From contig JAYWIR010000036.1 of the NCBI GenBank assembly GCA_036172245.1, forward strand, positions 558,001-622,000: a DNA stretch of 64,000 nt, given 5' to 3'. This DNA comes from Raillietiella orientalis (Eukaryota). The notes below the pieces were generated by a model that worked only from the letters and a program-made list of their open reading frames with translations, did not search any database and had not been told where the DNA came from. Positions 11,761 through 28,800 of this stretch are shown in pieces. A program made the translations under genes and the position numbers. Numbering within the stretch: the stretch's first letter is position 1; every line of letters starts with the position of its first letter.

Positions 11761-14048
11761 TCCTCCCTCCCTGCCCATTCGCCGTCCGGGGGGGGGAGCA
11801 ACGACACAGCAGGTGCCTCTTCCCCCTCCGATGGACGGGACTCGGATCCCCAAAGTCCCCCAGCTTGTTCTTCTCTGCGCCCCCGAATGCTTCCACTATC
11901 CAGGAGGCTCTGCCCCTCCCCGTTCCTGCAGGAAGCCACCCTTCACAACCAGAAGCGGTGGCGTCCCTGCCGTTCGCGCTGCCTTTTCCTGGTGACCCTG
12001 ATTCAAGGACGCAAGTACCTTTCCCCTTTCGTACTCATCTCGGCAACACGGATCAGGTCAATTGTCACCTTCACGGATCCAGAAGGAATTCCTTTTTCCT
12101 CCTTTTCTTTACCCTGAGACCGGAAAGTCCACCAACAAGTCCGCAAGTGACCTCCGGCTCATGTGAGCCAAGTGGGGACCAGGTGCGAACAGCACTCTGG
12201 ATGCTCGCTTCACAGATATGGTCTCTTGGACCGCAGCTAGCGCGCTGCCCGATCCTTTTCCTTCATCACCCTCGTGTTAAGCGTCCTGGGGTAGGAGGGA
12301 GGAGATCGCTTCGTCGGTTCAGACCATGGACTCCATGAAAACCACAGGGTTCAGTCAAGGATTGTGTCATCTCAAACGAAGTGTCATGCAGTGATGATGG
12401 TCTTATTGCCTCTTCAAGCACGAACAGTGGTGGTTTTGGAAATTGACCTTCCCAAAGTGTACCCTCGACCGGCGACATCTCTATTTTCTAGTAAGCGCTC
12501 TTTCGTATCATGAGCGGAATTCATTCCTCCTGGTCTTCTAGCGCGTGCACTGATTAATGCTGATGAGTGCTCTGGAACTCCTTTACGTTTATGTTCATCC
12601 AAGATGAACGAAACATGGAAACCAACTAGAATCAATGCATGAAATGCGGAGATTGACTCCTTTCGCTCAAAACATCAGGTTCTGATGCAAAGCATGCTCT
12701 GACGATGCAGGAGCACACATTCTGAAGAACACGAGGATTTTTTTTGTTGCTAATCGCCAATCAGGAATCCATCAGTCTATTGAGTTCATTTCAATTGCTC
12801 ACTCTCTGTATCGTAAATACCTTCTTCATACTCTTTTTCGAATATTACTGATCCTTATCCCTGATTTTGGACACGAACTTTTTCGAAAAGCGCGTTACTA
12901 AATATTCATTATAACTATCTCCTGTAGGTATCTGTGGAAGACACGTGAAGCACGATAGCTATCAACTAACACTTGACTCTTCAAACAAATGGATTTAGAA
13001 TTCTTATTTGTCCTCCTAAGATGAGCCCTAAGATTAATTCTTTAGATTCTAATGAAGCCATATAATGGCTGTAAATTTGAAATGGAAAAAATTACAATGG
13101 AGATTTAAGAATTAGATTCAAAGTTCTGTTTACGTTTTAATGCAATGAAGACAAATGTATAAATAAAAAACAGGAAGCTCTGTCAAATTTTCATACTCTT
13201 GGCATATCTTAAGCTCAAATCGTCAGTAGAAAAATAAATATGCAGTTGTTTAACCAATTATGTCTTTCCTTCTGTATGCACAAAAAATAAAGATTTTAGA
13301 TTGAAAAGGCAATAGAAAAGGAAAAAAAAAAGGCGTACATTCAATGATTAATGTTATTCGAACAAATGAAAACAATGCGCTGAAGAACGAAAAGTCTGAA
13401 TTTTATAATGAATTTTAACTTCTTTCAACCATCATGTTCGTCTTTAAGAAGTTATTAGGAAATTTGCTGTAAAGTGAAATAACTTCCGTTGCATGTGTTT
13501 TGTGTTCATGTTATTCATGTCTTTCTAGAAGATTAATGATCTGATAACCCTGCAATTTTGATGCTAACGCGCTATGGGTTTCGTTTTCTTTGAAATGATA
13601 TAGTTACACTGTTGTGTGTTGTGTGCAGTTATTGCTTTAAAGATGTACGCATTGTTTACTTTTTTTTTTTTTTTTAAATGACGTGAATATTATGATGTTA
13701 AATGGGGAACGCACTTAATGTAAATTGGTAGTTAGACCTGATTGCAACCAGAAATTTTAAGCAATGCTGTTTTATTTGGTTTGTTTGAAAAGAATACGCT
13801 TTTATAATTCTGTACTGTATGTTTTGATTAGAGTGCTAATTGGATTATTAGGGGCTCATCAGTATTTGTAGCATAGTTCGATGCAATCGTTTGAGATTCA
13901 GTTTTGTTTTGAAAGTCTTTTCATGTACGATTGATGAGTGCTAAAATTTTGTATCCAGATTTCAGGAAATGCTGGCATAATAAGTATTGTGCACTTACAT
14001 TTTTCAGTGATTAAGTTGAATTATTAAAGAAGTACTTCAATCACAATA

Positions 14049-14330
14049 ATGAGCGAGAACAAACAAGATGCAGGAGACACCTCAAACTCAGAATACATAA
14101 AGTTGAAAGTTGTGGGTCAAGACAGCAATGAAATTCATTTTCGAGTGAAAATGACAACTCAGATGGGGAAGTTAAAAAAATCTTACAGTGAAAGAGTTGG
14201 AGTCCCAGTGACCTCTTTGCGATTTCTATTCGATGGAAGGAGAATAAATGATGAAGAAACACCCAAACAGTTAGAAATGGAAAATGACGATGTGATAGAA
14301 GTTTATCAAGAACAGACAGGAGGGAACTGA
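14049..14330 (+). CDS. SUMO1: Small ubiquitin-related modifier (SUMO1/Smt3-type), 93 aa, single coding exon
   Basis: [32 protein letters not shown]...[10 protein letters not shown]...[12 protein letters not shown]-terminal di-Gly plus one residue; AATAAA about 100 nt downstream. Confidence 0.96.
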   Translation: MSENKQDAGDTSNSEYIKLKVVGQDSNEIHFRVKMTTQMGKLKKSYSERVGVPVTSLRFLFDGRRINDEETPKQLEMENDDVIEVYQEQTGGN

Positions 14331-17099
14331 TGTGACGAAGAAAACAAAGTTGCACAAATAGATCTTTAAAATTATACATTTTTCAAAAAATGTTACTTGT
14401 CATCCTATGTTACTCCTGTATTTGAGAATAAATCTCTGAATTGTACCATCATGTTTTTACTCTATAAAATAGATGACAGCTAATGGTTCTCAGGAATAAG
14501 ATGCAATGTCCCAAGAAATGAATTTTTTTTACAGGTATGCATTTAACTTACAGACAAATCATTGAAAAGTGGATGCAGAGTTTTGTTTGTGATTATACTA
14601 AAAGAACCAAGAATTTTGACTTCGAAATTCCATGCACTAATCTGATCTTAACCTCCATTTGGGAAGGATTGTGTTATTGTAATTAGCTTGGTTTTTAAAT
14701 GATCACAAGGTTGAATTCCCAGGATTGTAGACTATTCATGCAATGGCTTTTTCTTGCTTTTTTGTTTTGTTTTGAATACCTCCTTATTTATTTTGTTCCC
14801 CGTATTGATAACTTTACTTACTAACATTTATTGTGTGAATTTTGAAATGTGAATCAATCCCTTATAAAGTTGGCAATTTTCAAATAACATGACTTTCCAT
14901 GTATTGAAGTTTTGTTTATTGCTTCAAATTTGCATGTGTTCTACTTAGTCAGACATGCATATTCATGAATAGTAAATGTTTTCTTCTTACCTCATTACTG
15001 CAAAAACTCCAGTTTTCAGACAATTTCAATAAAACAGATTCAAGAGTTCATGCTTGTCCTTGTAAATAAAGGTTTCCGGTCATGAAATAGAAGACAGAAA
15101 TTCCTTATTCCTTATATTAAATAAGATTTAATACAAAGTGTTCTCGAAGAGACACGTCAATGAAAAAATAAATAAATCTGTGGGGTGCTAAATTGTTAGG
15201 CACTAACAATGCTAAATGCTGCTCTTGTGATTTCATGCCCGAATTTTTCAAATTAATCAAACCAGCCAACTGTTACCTTAGTCCACTCAGTGGTTATATT
15301 GAAAGTAGTTCACATCCTTTCCAAGTGGTTTAATTAAGTACATGTTGCTTGTTAGGGATTTGGAACAAATGGAATTCATCCAGTGTGGCATTAATAGAGT
15401 TGTGGATCCTGACTTAGATGAAAAAATAAGCGAGGAGAGCATAAATGTAAATATGTGCATCTGTATGAGGGTCTTTTACCTTTAAAGAATCTTGGTACCA
15501 TCAATTTTTAACTCATGGTTCATGTGATTACATGAGCCCATAAGAAAAACTACTTTGTACTGCCAAACCAACAAAATCTGCAGCAAGACTCAAATACATT
15601 TCTCCCGAAAAAATTTGTAAGCTTGAAGAAAATTCCATTCACAATTCAGAAATCACAGATTAAAGAACCAGTCAGAAATACAGCATGAACTAAAATGAAC
15701 AGAAAATGTACAGCATGAAAAATGAACTAAAGTGCAAGTAAATAAAACCTTTTGTCGTGCAAGATTTTTTATATGCTAGCATTCAGTGCACATTTATTGG
15801 AGTATGTAACGTCTTTATATACAGATTTTCGATACAGATCTCTCATAATATCTTAAAATCTTAGTCCTGGAATTGTATTTTTCATCATTAAAGAATAAGA
15901 TGCCTTCTGACTGCCTAAACTCGTCATTCAGTAAAGCACTCTTTTGTCGAGTAATGTTTTATTAGTGACAGTTATTATTCATATTTCACTTATTGTGATG
16001 TATTAAATCAATGCAATGCTTGTGATGTTAAAGAGATTGAGAATATCATAAAAAAAATGAACTCACACACCATGTGCTCGTCACCTAATATTCATTATTG
16101 TTCTCTAACTCTATTTGTCTGTTTCAAAAAGAAAATTTAGAACAAATAGTGATAAAATCGGCCAAACGAAGTCTTTCGCGCAAGAGACGGTACTGTGACC
16201 GTCAAGTTATTAATACACCTCCCTTATGTTGATACTTCAACCCCTTTCTAGTAGCAAGCCCGAGCAGAACTGGCATTCTTTGAACATCTTCCACTACATC
16301 ATCTGGTGCATTAGGGTACTGTCCTAAGGACTCAGGATTCATTTACGAGTTCACATGGGTGTAAATGCCCAAGCTTAGTTCCGTTGAAAAGCACATGAAC
16401 GTCCACTCAACTCTTGAACAATCATGCTTGCCTTGTTAGAACTTACATTGCCTAATCTGAAACCAGAATTGAATCAACATTTTCCAGAGAAGCCTTTGTT
16501 ATTTCTAGAAGAGCAACTGCAAAAGTTTCTGTCAGCAATAATAACAGAAATGTTAGCTCTTTGGTGAAATTATGTAGAATGAATGCTTCGTTTGTTTAAA
16601 TACTCAAAGACAGAAAGTGATTCTTTTTGATTGCCTTGCTCAGTATTCTAAAAATGCGAGCAAAATATAATAGTGATTCTTTATATTATTTCTTTTGCAC
16701 TTCTAGCTGCCGAAAGTGTATAGGAACTGTAGGCTTGAAGAGGCGAATCTACTTTATCTGCTTTTCGGTAGATAAATTGAGAGCTTTTTCAGCACTACAC
16801 GCAAAATTCACACTTTCTTTGGCTTTTCAGAGTAGTATCTAAGAGATAGAACGATACTACATTTCAAGTTTTCAGAGAAGTCTTCCATGGAATAAGTATA
16901 CTTGCTTATCTATCTAGCTTAAGATTTCATGGTAATATCTCAGATTCCATTACCTCAACTGTAAATATCTGGACCGTAAGCCTCACTTGCGTATGTATTG
17001 CAATTTACAACTAAAACAACCATGTTGGATTCTTCCTTTTCTTAAGAAAGAAACTTTATTATTCATTTTAGGTTATTACAAAGCTCTTGTTGGAATGGC

Positions 17100-18830
17100 T
17101 CTGGATAGTCTTCCGCGATTGTTGTTTTCTCCGTGTCTTTCACGGTTCTTCGGTGCATTGCTCCATTTCTTCCGGAGGGAGAGCATTATCCAGATCATCG
17201 GGTTGGGCTGCGTTTTTCCTTCTTACATGGGTTGCATATATGCTACTTGAGTACCGGATGCAAGTGGCTACCATCCGTTGTCTTAACTTCACAAGCTTTT
17301 TTTTTGGAATTCCAAGGTATTGTAGTAACTCTTCGTTCGTCGGAGTTTGTTTCGATTCCTTTCCACTAGTAAACCAACACCCTTGACAATCGTAGTTGCA
17401 GAATCATCGGGACAGAATATTCCCATTGCCCTCACTTGTGATGCATTTTCTCTTATATCTGCATCCTTCTGGCCTCAGCATTTAGAACTTATTTCACTTC
17501 GGGTGAATGTATCCAATTTTTTGCATAGTGATCTGAAACCAAGATATGATTTAAAAGTACTCTTTGAAATAATCGAGTGCCAATAACAAGTGATCTCCAA
17601 GAAAGATAGTTCGTGAACGGTTTCTTTCAGGATGATTGCTCTTGGTTTTCCTTATAAGGGGAACTCTTTACCTAAAGTGTGCTGAATGCTTTTTGATTAC
17701 AGTGTGTTTAAAGTAGAATCTCTCTTTATGTAAGTACAATGTTTTTAAGTACAATGATTCTTTATGATTTTTAAGACAACCCTTTATGAAAGGATTTCTC
17801 ACATATTATAACATCAGAACTTCGTCTTCAGACGCTAATCAATGGTCCCTCAAGAAAGCTTATTCTATCCTTGTTGATGACTATTTTTACATGCTCTTTC
17901 ACTTTTTTACATGTTCAAAATTCAAGAAATACATAGGAAATTTTTCTGTGAAACAGATATGGAATGAAAACTAATAAATACTCTTGATTCTGATCTCATA
18001 ATCTACTGGGAATATAAAGCAGCGGTGACGACTTCTTAAAAATTCCGCTCCAAACTCACGAACTTCGCCTTATTTGAAAGTATTCGTGCTATTGTTATCT
18101 GGCTGCACTGATACACTGATACATTTCATCTCCAAAATAGCGCAACTATCTTGCATTGGCTAACTGGCTTGGTTTGAATTAAAATTCCATCCAAGTTCCA
18201 CAACTTCAAGTATTCTCAATGCTTTGGGAGTAGGTTTCTGATGTTTCTTCTTTTGTGCTCAGCTAGCTTGTCTGATCATTGATGCCGCAACATAAGGACT
18301 CAGTTCGGTGGTCACCGATCGTGATTTAATCCCTATTTTAGCCATCTTATAAAAGTTAATAGTTCTTAACGCAATAGCTTAATTTTCTAGCCATTCTTTG
18401 TAGTAGTTTCTCTCTCTTTCATCTTTCTGGAGCATTTCCAAGTTTTCTCCTAGAACTCTTGGAAATTTTTTGGGTACTACTAGGTATGTGCGAGATGGAT
18501 CCGATGTTCTTCTGTTGCTGATAGCTATTAAAAGATTCTAAACTTATTTCCTTCTCTGAAATCTTTCTTTATAGTCGAATATGCTTTAATTGGGTTTCAT
18601 GATATCTTGCTGGTCAATCTATTTTTCCATGCATCTCATGTACCTAAGCTCCTGTCAATCCAGTATTACCAAACTTGTAGAACGTGATAAACACACATTC
18701 AAGCTTACGAGTTTCTTCCTATCAAAGACCAGAAATCGTTATCCTAGCTCCGAAAGATTGCGGATGCACTCCCGTGTCACCCAGAGCTAGAAATCCCACT
18801 TTGGGTGACGTAATAAAATTTCCCAGTTTA
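17100..18830 (-). mobile_element. AT-rich decayed APE-type LINE (Jockey/I-like) relic
   Basis: Minus-strand relics in order: FLALGDTGVHPQSFGAR (endonuclease, like GD.NAH), SFLEITCYWHSIISK (like FLD..AFD.VWH), KSYLGFRSLC, GIFCPDD, LQYLGIP. Riddled with stops. Confidence 0.4.
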
Positions 18831-19949
18831 TTTTCCAAAGTGACTCCGATCTAACCTAATATTCCAAGTCACAAAATCCCCCTTTGATAAGGTAAGTGAA
18901 GTTGGACTAGAATTAAACGTTGGATGCTTTGCTGAGCCGTTCTTGCTAGTTTATGTGTGCATTACCAACCGGGAAGGAAACATCGCTAAGAAACGTCTTC
19001 CACATTCAAGTACTCAACTAACAAGGCAAACGTGTTGGCTCTTCTATCAACCAACAAGGTTTTAAATGTAAACTACGTGATTTGTTTGTGATAGTTTCAG
19101 CACTGTATTAATTTATGTATACCTTTTACTTTGCTTAAACGCTTGCAAGGTTACACACACACATTACAAAAAAAATGGAATGCACTTACGCGCAACAGAT
19201 CGTATCAAGACACTTCATAGAAATTATTCAGAGTAATGGTATTTAAACAAAAACTAATTCAAAAAAGAATACAGAATCAGTAATCAACATTCATAAGCAG
19301 ATATGCTAATAAAGTCAAAAACCAAAAAAGAAACACCTTCAAATACGATACGACTAATAGAAAAAGGAGTTGCGTACAGGAATGTTGTGTTCCTTTCCTA
19401 TAGAAAAGGAACACAACATTCGGATACGTGCTGAAAAGTAAAGATATATTCTTCTTATGTCGGTATCTTCATGAAGCTTCATCATTTTTATTCTGTGACA
19501 AACTCGTAACAGGAGCTTTCAAAGAAAATGTAAACATGTTTACATCTAACTGACAAAAATGTAAACATCCAGGTACTCAGCTACATTAAGTGTCAAATGT
19601 CATCAAAAAACTAGACTCAATAAACTCATTATTAAATAATATATTATACTATTCACTAATGTTCTTGATTTTTAACTCAGTGATGTGGGGTATGCATACT
19701 TTAAAAAAGGGTTGGCTCTGACTTTCAAATAACACGAACTTTCCAATTTATTTATTGATTTAAAAATTGCATATGCAAAGTGACATTGTCTATTTGTACT
19801 CTCAATTATAAAAAATAGAGTACGACTGAATAAATTTTATATTTGAATTGCATACTAATAGCCATATCCTAAAACCCAATGAGTTTTGAACAAATAGTAG
19901 ATCTTGCTTAAACTTTCATAAAATCACATATGCAAAAGAGATGGTTAAA

Positions 19950-21900
<1,951 letters not shown>

Positions 21901-24900
21901 CACAGTATATGCAATTTAATACGTCTTGAAAATCGATAACAAATATGTGTCATTTATGCCATTTCAGATTTGATGATCAATTCATCTTGGAACTTTTTGG
22001 TAAAAAATAATGTCATTCATAGGCAGAACTGGAATGTTCGTACATCAGAAAGAGAGCATCTTTAAAAAAGGTTCATCAATAATTCTCAAAATAATTATAT
22101 TTATTTCTCATTGAGAACACTTCCAATTTATTTTAGCTGCAAATTACTCATACAATATGAAACTAATAAGCTTGCAAGGCAGCATTTGAAAACTCAAAGA
22201 CTACGCACTCACGATTCTCCACTAATAGCACGAAATCTTTAAATTTAAAAACACAAACAACCGAATCCACAGCTTACTGTATCATGGCTTGTAACAGTCG
22301 CACAGTGATGGCATTGCCAGCAACTACTTGTAGACATTTTTTTTTTTTAAAGCACATTACTATAATGGATGGAATCAGAATTAATTTCACTCTTCAAAAA
22401 GTTATGTTCTGTAGCAAGTGGAGTGAATAGTCTTGAAAAATCCGTGCACCCTTTGGAAACAGTGAAGAACGCATGCAGATATTAAGGCACAAAGCAACCG
22501 TTTTTATCTTACATAATCGATGCTTCTTCAGCATCCTAAAGTTAGAATAGACAGCAGTTTTCCTAATTTCAAGTTAGTGAAGCACGGACTTAAAGCCATT
22601 TTACTTGAGTAATATGTCTTAGAATTCAGCTTTATTATTTTTGTGAATTTTTTGCAGAAATAAATTTATCTTAACTTATTTGAAAATATTCCTCATTTTC
22701 ATGGATGAATTCCAAAAAAAAAAACCATAAAATTTCAAAATTTTCTTTACAAAAATTAGACTGCTTTCCTTTATTTTCTTAACTATAAAATTAAAATAAT
22801 AGGAATTTCGGCTCCATTCGATATTATGAAAAAGAATTCGATTAAAACAATTGAAAAATTTCAGAATAAAATTATATTCAGATTTTAGCAGTGGTATTTA
22901 ATGGATTGATCAATAATTCAAAAATGCTTTGATTATACGATTTGTTTTCTATTTTTTCTCCAAAACACCTCTCTTTTCTAATCACAAAATTTTCAAATGC
23001 TTTCCATTATGATAAATCTAAAAAAAAAAAAAACGAACAGTCCAGGACTCTCTGGCAAATTAGTCTTTGAGAATGCTGTATAGGCTCGATAGAAATTCTA
23101 TCATCTCTGCCGGGATTTTTGTTATCTTTCTACGAATATCTATTGGCAAGTTTGACAAAAAAAAGGATAACTTGTTTCAAATGAGATGATGATGAGAATT
23201 CATAGATATCAATTTCAAGAGACAAACAGATTAAAGGTATGTGCCATTATATTGAAAGATGAACAGATTAAAAAATTTCATTCATTCGGGTGAAGTCTAG
23301 TATTTGTTGGTCATGAAAATATTATCTATGCTGATGTGTTTGTGTTATCATAGTTCATAAAGATTTATGATTTCGTAATCTTATTTGTTAGTTCTGAATA
23401 CCATATTCCTTATTACATAGAGAAGCATTTACAATTTAATTTAGAAACATATTTAAGAAAGAAACTAGAAATCTGTTCTAAATATTAAAGCCATCGATAT
23501 GAGATACACAAATGGAAGTAAATGTTTTAATAACGAATGCTGAAAATGCTGAAATTCATTTCTGATCACGGACGGCTTTACTTCTGTAGTTTCCTTTTTC
23601 TATTCTTATCGATATTTGTACTTTTCTCTTAAGATTTTGAACTCATCATTCTTGTAGTGCGGCAACTCTGATTTCGGTTTCCCTCTATTGTAAAAATAGT
23701 AACGGTGCCGGAGAGGGTCTCGCGAATGATGTTGAAGTTCAAATTTTTTCCAGTTTTGTGAATGGTGTTTTGAATGCTAGAGTCTGCAGATTATTGTGTG
23801 GCCCTAACCGAGTATTTCCAATGGTGCAGATGGTGTTTTTGAGTTAGATATCTTGAATTTGTTTTTAGGAGTTGTATAGTCGGCTGCTTTTCCTTTATGC
23901 CTTTGTTAATGGAAGAAGTAGAAACACATTAGCCCTTGAAACTGAATACGCGGAAAGCGACTCGTAGTCCGTGTTTTTCACGTTATCGGTGCCAATGAAT
24001 GCGTTGGTGCCATTCCATTGCGAGTAATTGTGCCGTGTGGTATATTTGAACCTATTGGTTGTAGTGGTGTCGTGCGAATTGTAATATAGGGCTCGGAACA
24101 TACCGTGTGCCCAGGGTCAAGATCTTGTTCCATGACTTTGTTCCGAGTGTGACTCAATTTTTTTTATCTTTCCTTTGATTTTGAGGTTACGATGGACCTG
24201 ATGATAAAAATTAATTGAGAAGTGGCATGTGTTTATGAATATGCATTATTTTTTGAAAACAATATGGTAATTACATGGCTTCGAAATCCATACAGATCTT
24301 GTTTAGTGTATAATCCTAGGTATAGTGTACATGAATGATTGTGTGTTTGAAAAGAAAGTGAATGCTGTGAGTGCGGTTGAGAGAATTTTTTCAATTGCTA
24401 CGAAATAATAAAGCCGGCTTAAATTAGAATAGTCGTCAGATTGTTTGTGAACGGAATGCAGCTTTATACTGTTAAGGAGAAAAACTTTCTTGAAATGTTT
24501 GCCACATTGAATTGTGATCAGATCAATCTGCAGTCCCAAAAGAATTGTTCTTGATGGCAATGATAGTATGCTTTCATGTATTTGATATTGGTGCATTTAG
24601 TTTGTTAATTTAATGTCAGCTGTATGCAAGTAGCCTATTTTGTTAAACATCAAAAAAAGAGATTTGTCAATACTGAATATTAAGGCTTAAAGGAATTTAA
24701 AGATTAGTCGGAAATCTAAAACCAATGTCTTTATGTAGAGGTGCAAAGCATATAGATTGGTATTTTTGTGTTGTGACTTTTATTTTAAAATGGAATTTTC
24801 TTATTTGTACACAACTGGTATGAAGCTTTAATTTTCAGTATACAAAGATTAAGTCGAAAAAAAAAAAAAAATTCTGTTGTGCTTTTGAGGAAAGATTCAA

Positions 24901-25810
24901 ATTAATGTTACATGATGTGAAATTATTAACCAACATTTGTTTAATGTAATTGTTAGCATTATTGATGTAACTTCCTCTTCTAAAACAAAGTATGTCAACT
25001 AGTTAATGTATGTCATGTGAGTTTCTAAGTAGTCATAACAAGATTGAAACAAAGACAATGCATGCTTGATATGAAATTTTTTGATTTTTAAAGCTAAATC
25101 ACTTTGAAGAACGAATTTTTTTTTTTCATGTTCTTCAACTGCTTGATTTTTTTTCTTGAACTAATATTCAATTACTGATAAACTTATTGAAAATAGGACA
25201 TGAAAATTTAGCAATTTTTTGAACCTTATTGTATGTGATGTGGATTTTAAGTAAGATATTCTATGAATATCTTTAAAAATCTTTTGTTTCAGACATCATA
25301 ATTACTAATTTTGCCTGTTGAATACTATTGAATATTAGTTGAATGTTGGGTACTGTATTCTGTAACAGCCATCCCATTCCAACTCGGAGATTGAAATTCT
25401 AATGATTATTAATGTGAAGTATCGTAGTACATTAAAAGTTGTGATATAATGAAGCTTGAGTACATGAGACATCTCATTTGAATTAACAAATATATTCATT
25501 GTTAGATGGGTTTAATCGTATCATATTACATTTTGATTGAGTTGAAAATTGTGAATGAGTGAATGTAATTATGTGACTGAAGATGTAACGGTTTTAACGC
25601 AAATGAATTAACCTATTTAATTATAAATGTCAGTTTACTTTTTAATCATTTCCTTTTTTTTTGTATATGGTTTGATTCCGAGAAGTAATATTATCGCAAG
25701 CTTTTTAATTTCAGATATGAAGCCATGTTTTTAACTTTTCAGTATGATGGAAGACTTTGTTTCCCATTCCCAGTATGATCTGTGAATCTTCATAACTTTC
25801 ATCACAAAGC

Positions 25811-28800
25811 ATGGCTTCAGGAACAACACATACTTTCGCAACTGCCAAACTCATAGATCTTGGTAGTCAGACACCTTCAAAATTAGTCAATCACATTCGA
25901 CCCAGTTCAACTGAAAGAAACGTTGCAGGAAAGTCATTAATTCCTTCAAGCTCATTGTCCAATGCTGATATAAAAATAAAGTCATTAGTGAGTCCCTGTT
26001 TTACATTAATTTTATGTTAGTAATGATTTCTGAAATTGTATACTGCATGTGTTTGAAGGTTTCTAAACTGTCTTGCGGATGAATTGTTTTCTTCATGCAA
26101 TTTTGTTGCGTACAAACTGAAAGATCCCTGTGTATTTCCCCCTCCCCCTGATGACATGCTACCATTGTCTTCTGGTTTCTGTTATTGCTGAGGGTGCATT
26201 CAATTACTGTACCATAGTTTATTAACTCCATACCGCCGCCAGAATGTTGCTTACAGAAAGTGCTTGCCCGGTCGATTGTGTTGGCGCCCCGAGATTCGGA
26301 GTTCGCAAAAGCGCTGATGTATCGAAATATGAAACCGTGAGCCCATGAGCTTCAGAAGAGCCGAATATTTCAAAGACAAGTAAAAGTAGCCAAAAGCAGA
26401 TATTCCCCGGGAATTACAGTCGTTCGTGGTCGTTGCATCGTATACTGCGGTTGCCGGATCTGCAGCGAATGCTGTTGTTTCCTACCGGGCATGCAACACT
26501 TAGCATTTGTGTTCCCCGGTAGCGTCGAACCTCGTTCTGGAAGCGTGGTCCGCTCCGAAGTCACCAAAGAATATTAGTAGAGCCGTTCCTCAAAAGTGCC
26601 TCACCTTCGTAAGCTGTAAACCTGAAAGATGCCCGTTTTCCTCGCCAAACTTCGAATGTACAGGGGTCGTCCAGCGAACGGTGGGAACTCGTGTACGATC
26701 CGATCTGCTGGTAGTGTAAACGTATTCGCCACATGCAAGCAGAGCTTTTGTTATTGAGGTCGGATTCCGAATCAAAGGTCAGCATGGCATTAAAAGCAGC
26801 GGCTTCCTGCGTTGCATGTAAAAGCTCGAGTTCTTAAGCACATGGCGAATTTCGTACGTCGAATGTATCTGCACGTGAACGTGTCCTTCAAGACGGGTCA
26901 CCCGTCGGCAGTCCCAGTTCGTAGGCACAGAATAGGTTGACCACGTGCCACTTCAACGCTAACCGAAATGTAATTATGCCTGCAGATACTTCACCCTAGT
27001 TCCTGGAAATGGGTGGACCATGTTTATTTAAAAGTCAGCGAAAAACTCGAACTCGTGATAGCCCTTGCGTGTCTCAGAGTTTAGGCAAGAGGGTGTTGTT
27101 TCTTATGATAACTTTGCGAAAAATGGATGGCAACCGATGGGGAGGACAATAACGACCCCCTGTCGGAGTTTGTTAATTCTTCCGGACCAATGCGCCCCGC
27201 TTGTCATTCCGATGGCTCTTACTGGGCCGTTCGAGCAGGAATCATTGCATCAAATATGAAAGTCATCAGGAAGGTGGTATCATCAGATCGACTCCGAAAA
27301 AGTGTTTTTTCCGTGTTGGGACTCCACCAACCTTGCGATCAAGCATTGAGAAACTCCAGGGAAACAGAGGAAGCCAGCAATACGAAAGTCGCGGCCTAAC
27401 CTGGTCAGCTGCACGCGAGAATAGGCATTCCATCATTTCAAAGGGTGGGCAGAGAGATGCTTCAGTAAGGAAGTTTACTCAGAATGACACCTTTGCCGAG
27501 GACGGATATCGCAAAACAATCAGGTCGATAGAATGAATTTTTTATTTTTTTTGTTTTAACATAAAAAAGAACGGTAGGAGACTAAATTACGAAACGCACT
27601 CGATGAGGGAAACAACTTTTCGTTCCGTCCGATTGTGAAAAAAACCTGGGTTACAAAAAGAAACGAAACCAAAATTTGAAAAATTGTTATGTCCAAGGGC
27701 AGCCTCGTAATAGAACGAATTGCATGTTAAATGTCGATCTCAAGTGTTCATTTATGATAGTATTAGTAATCAGTAGTCAAAGTGGTTTGTAAGGCTTAAT
27801 CGATAGAATGATTTGCCACTTATTATGGGACTTTTGCAGGATTGAAATTTTTATTTTTTGCTTCAAGTGGTTTACTGTTTATTTTTGATCATGCTTAGCC
27901 ACCTGCAAAGAGAGATCTGTATTATCGAAATGAGCACGGTTTTCAATCGTCGTTAAGTAATGGGCCTTCCTCATTGCCTCCCAGCATCTCTGCAAATCCA
28001 TCACCAAGTATTTCATTAAGCTCAACACATTTGATATCTTCATCATGCACACCACTGAAAGAAAGCATAGGAAGTAAACCAGAAAGCATCAAATCGAAAG
28101 ATTTGACGGATCAATCCTGTACAAATGACTCATCAAGAAAATTGAAACAAACTGGTGGTTATGTTGGTTTTGCCAATCTTCCCAATCAGATCTACAGAAA
28201 AGCTGTAAAAAAAGGATTTGAGTTCACTATGATGGTAGTAGGTTAGTGCTGCAATTAAGCTCCGTTTTAAGTATAAACACTCCCATCATCTTAGGAGAAT
28301 CCGGATTAGGCAAATCTACTTTCATCAACTCCCTGTTTTTGGCAGAGATTTACCCACAAGAAGACTTAGGTACATCACACAAAATTAAACAAACTGTCGA
28401 GGTGAGTGTTTTGTTTTTTATGGATTCAGTTGAGGCTTTGTGTTCAGATTGAGGTGAAGAAGGTGCTTCTGGAAGAGAATGGAATAAAACTAACTTTAAC
28501 CATTGTTGATACACCAGGATTTGGAGATGCCATAAATAATACTGAGTGCTGGCAAGCGATAATAAATTATATTGAAAATCAGTATGAAGAGTATCTGAAC
28601 AATGAATGTCGTGTCAATAGAAAGCAGGAAAGTGATGGAAGAGTCCATTGCTGCTTGTACTTTATTGCTCCAACGGGCCATGGACTAAAGCCTCTAGATG
28701 TGGCATTCATGAAAAACCTCCATGATAAAGTCAATATAATCCCACTGATTGCCAAAGCAGATACCATGACTCCATCAGAATGCAGTAGTTTCAAAAAACA

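Noticed and set aside
13690..13742. C/D-box snoRNA upstream of SUMO (ATGATGT...CTGA)
   Set aside because: Imperfect C box, only about 50 nt, and no terminal stem or identifiable guide.
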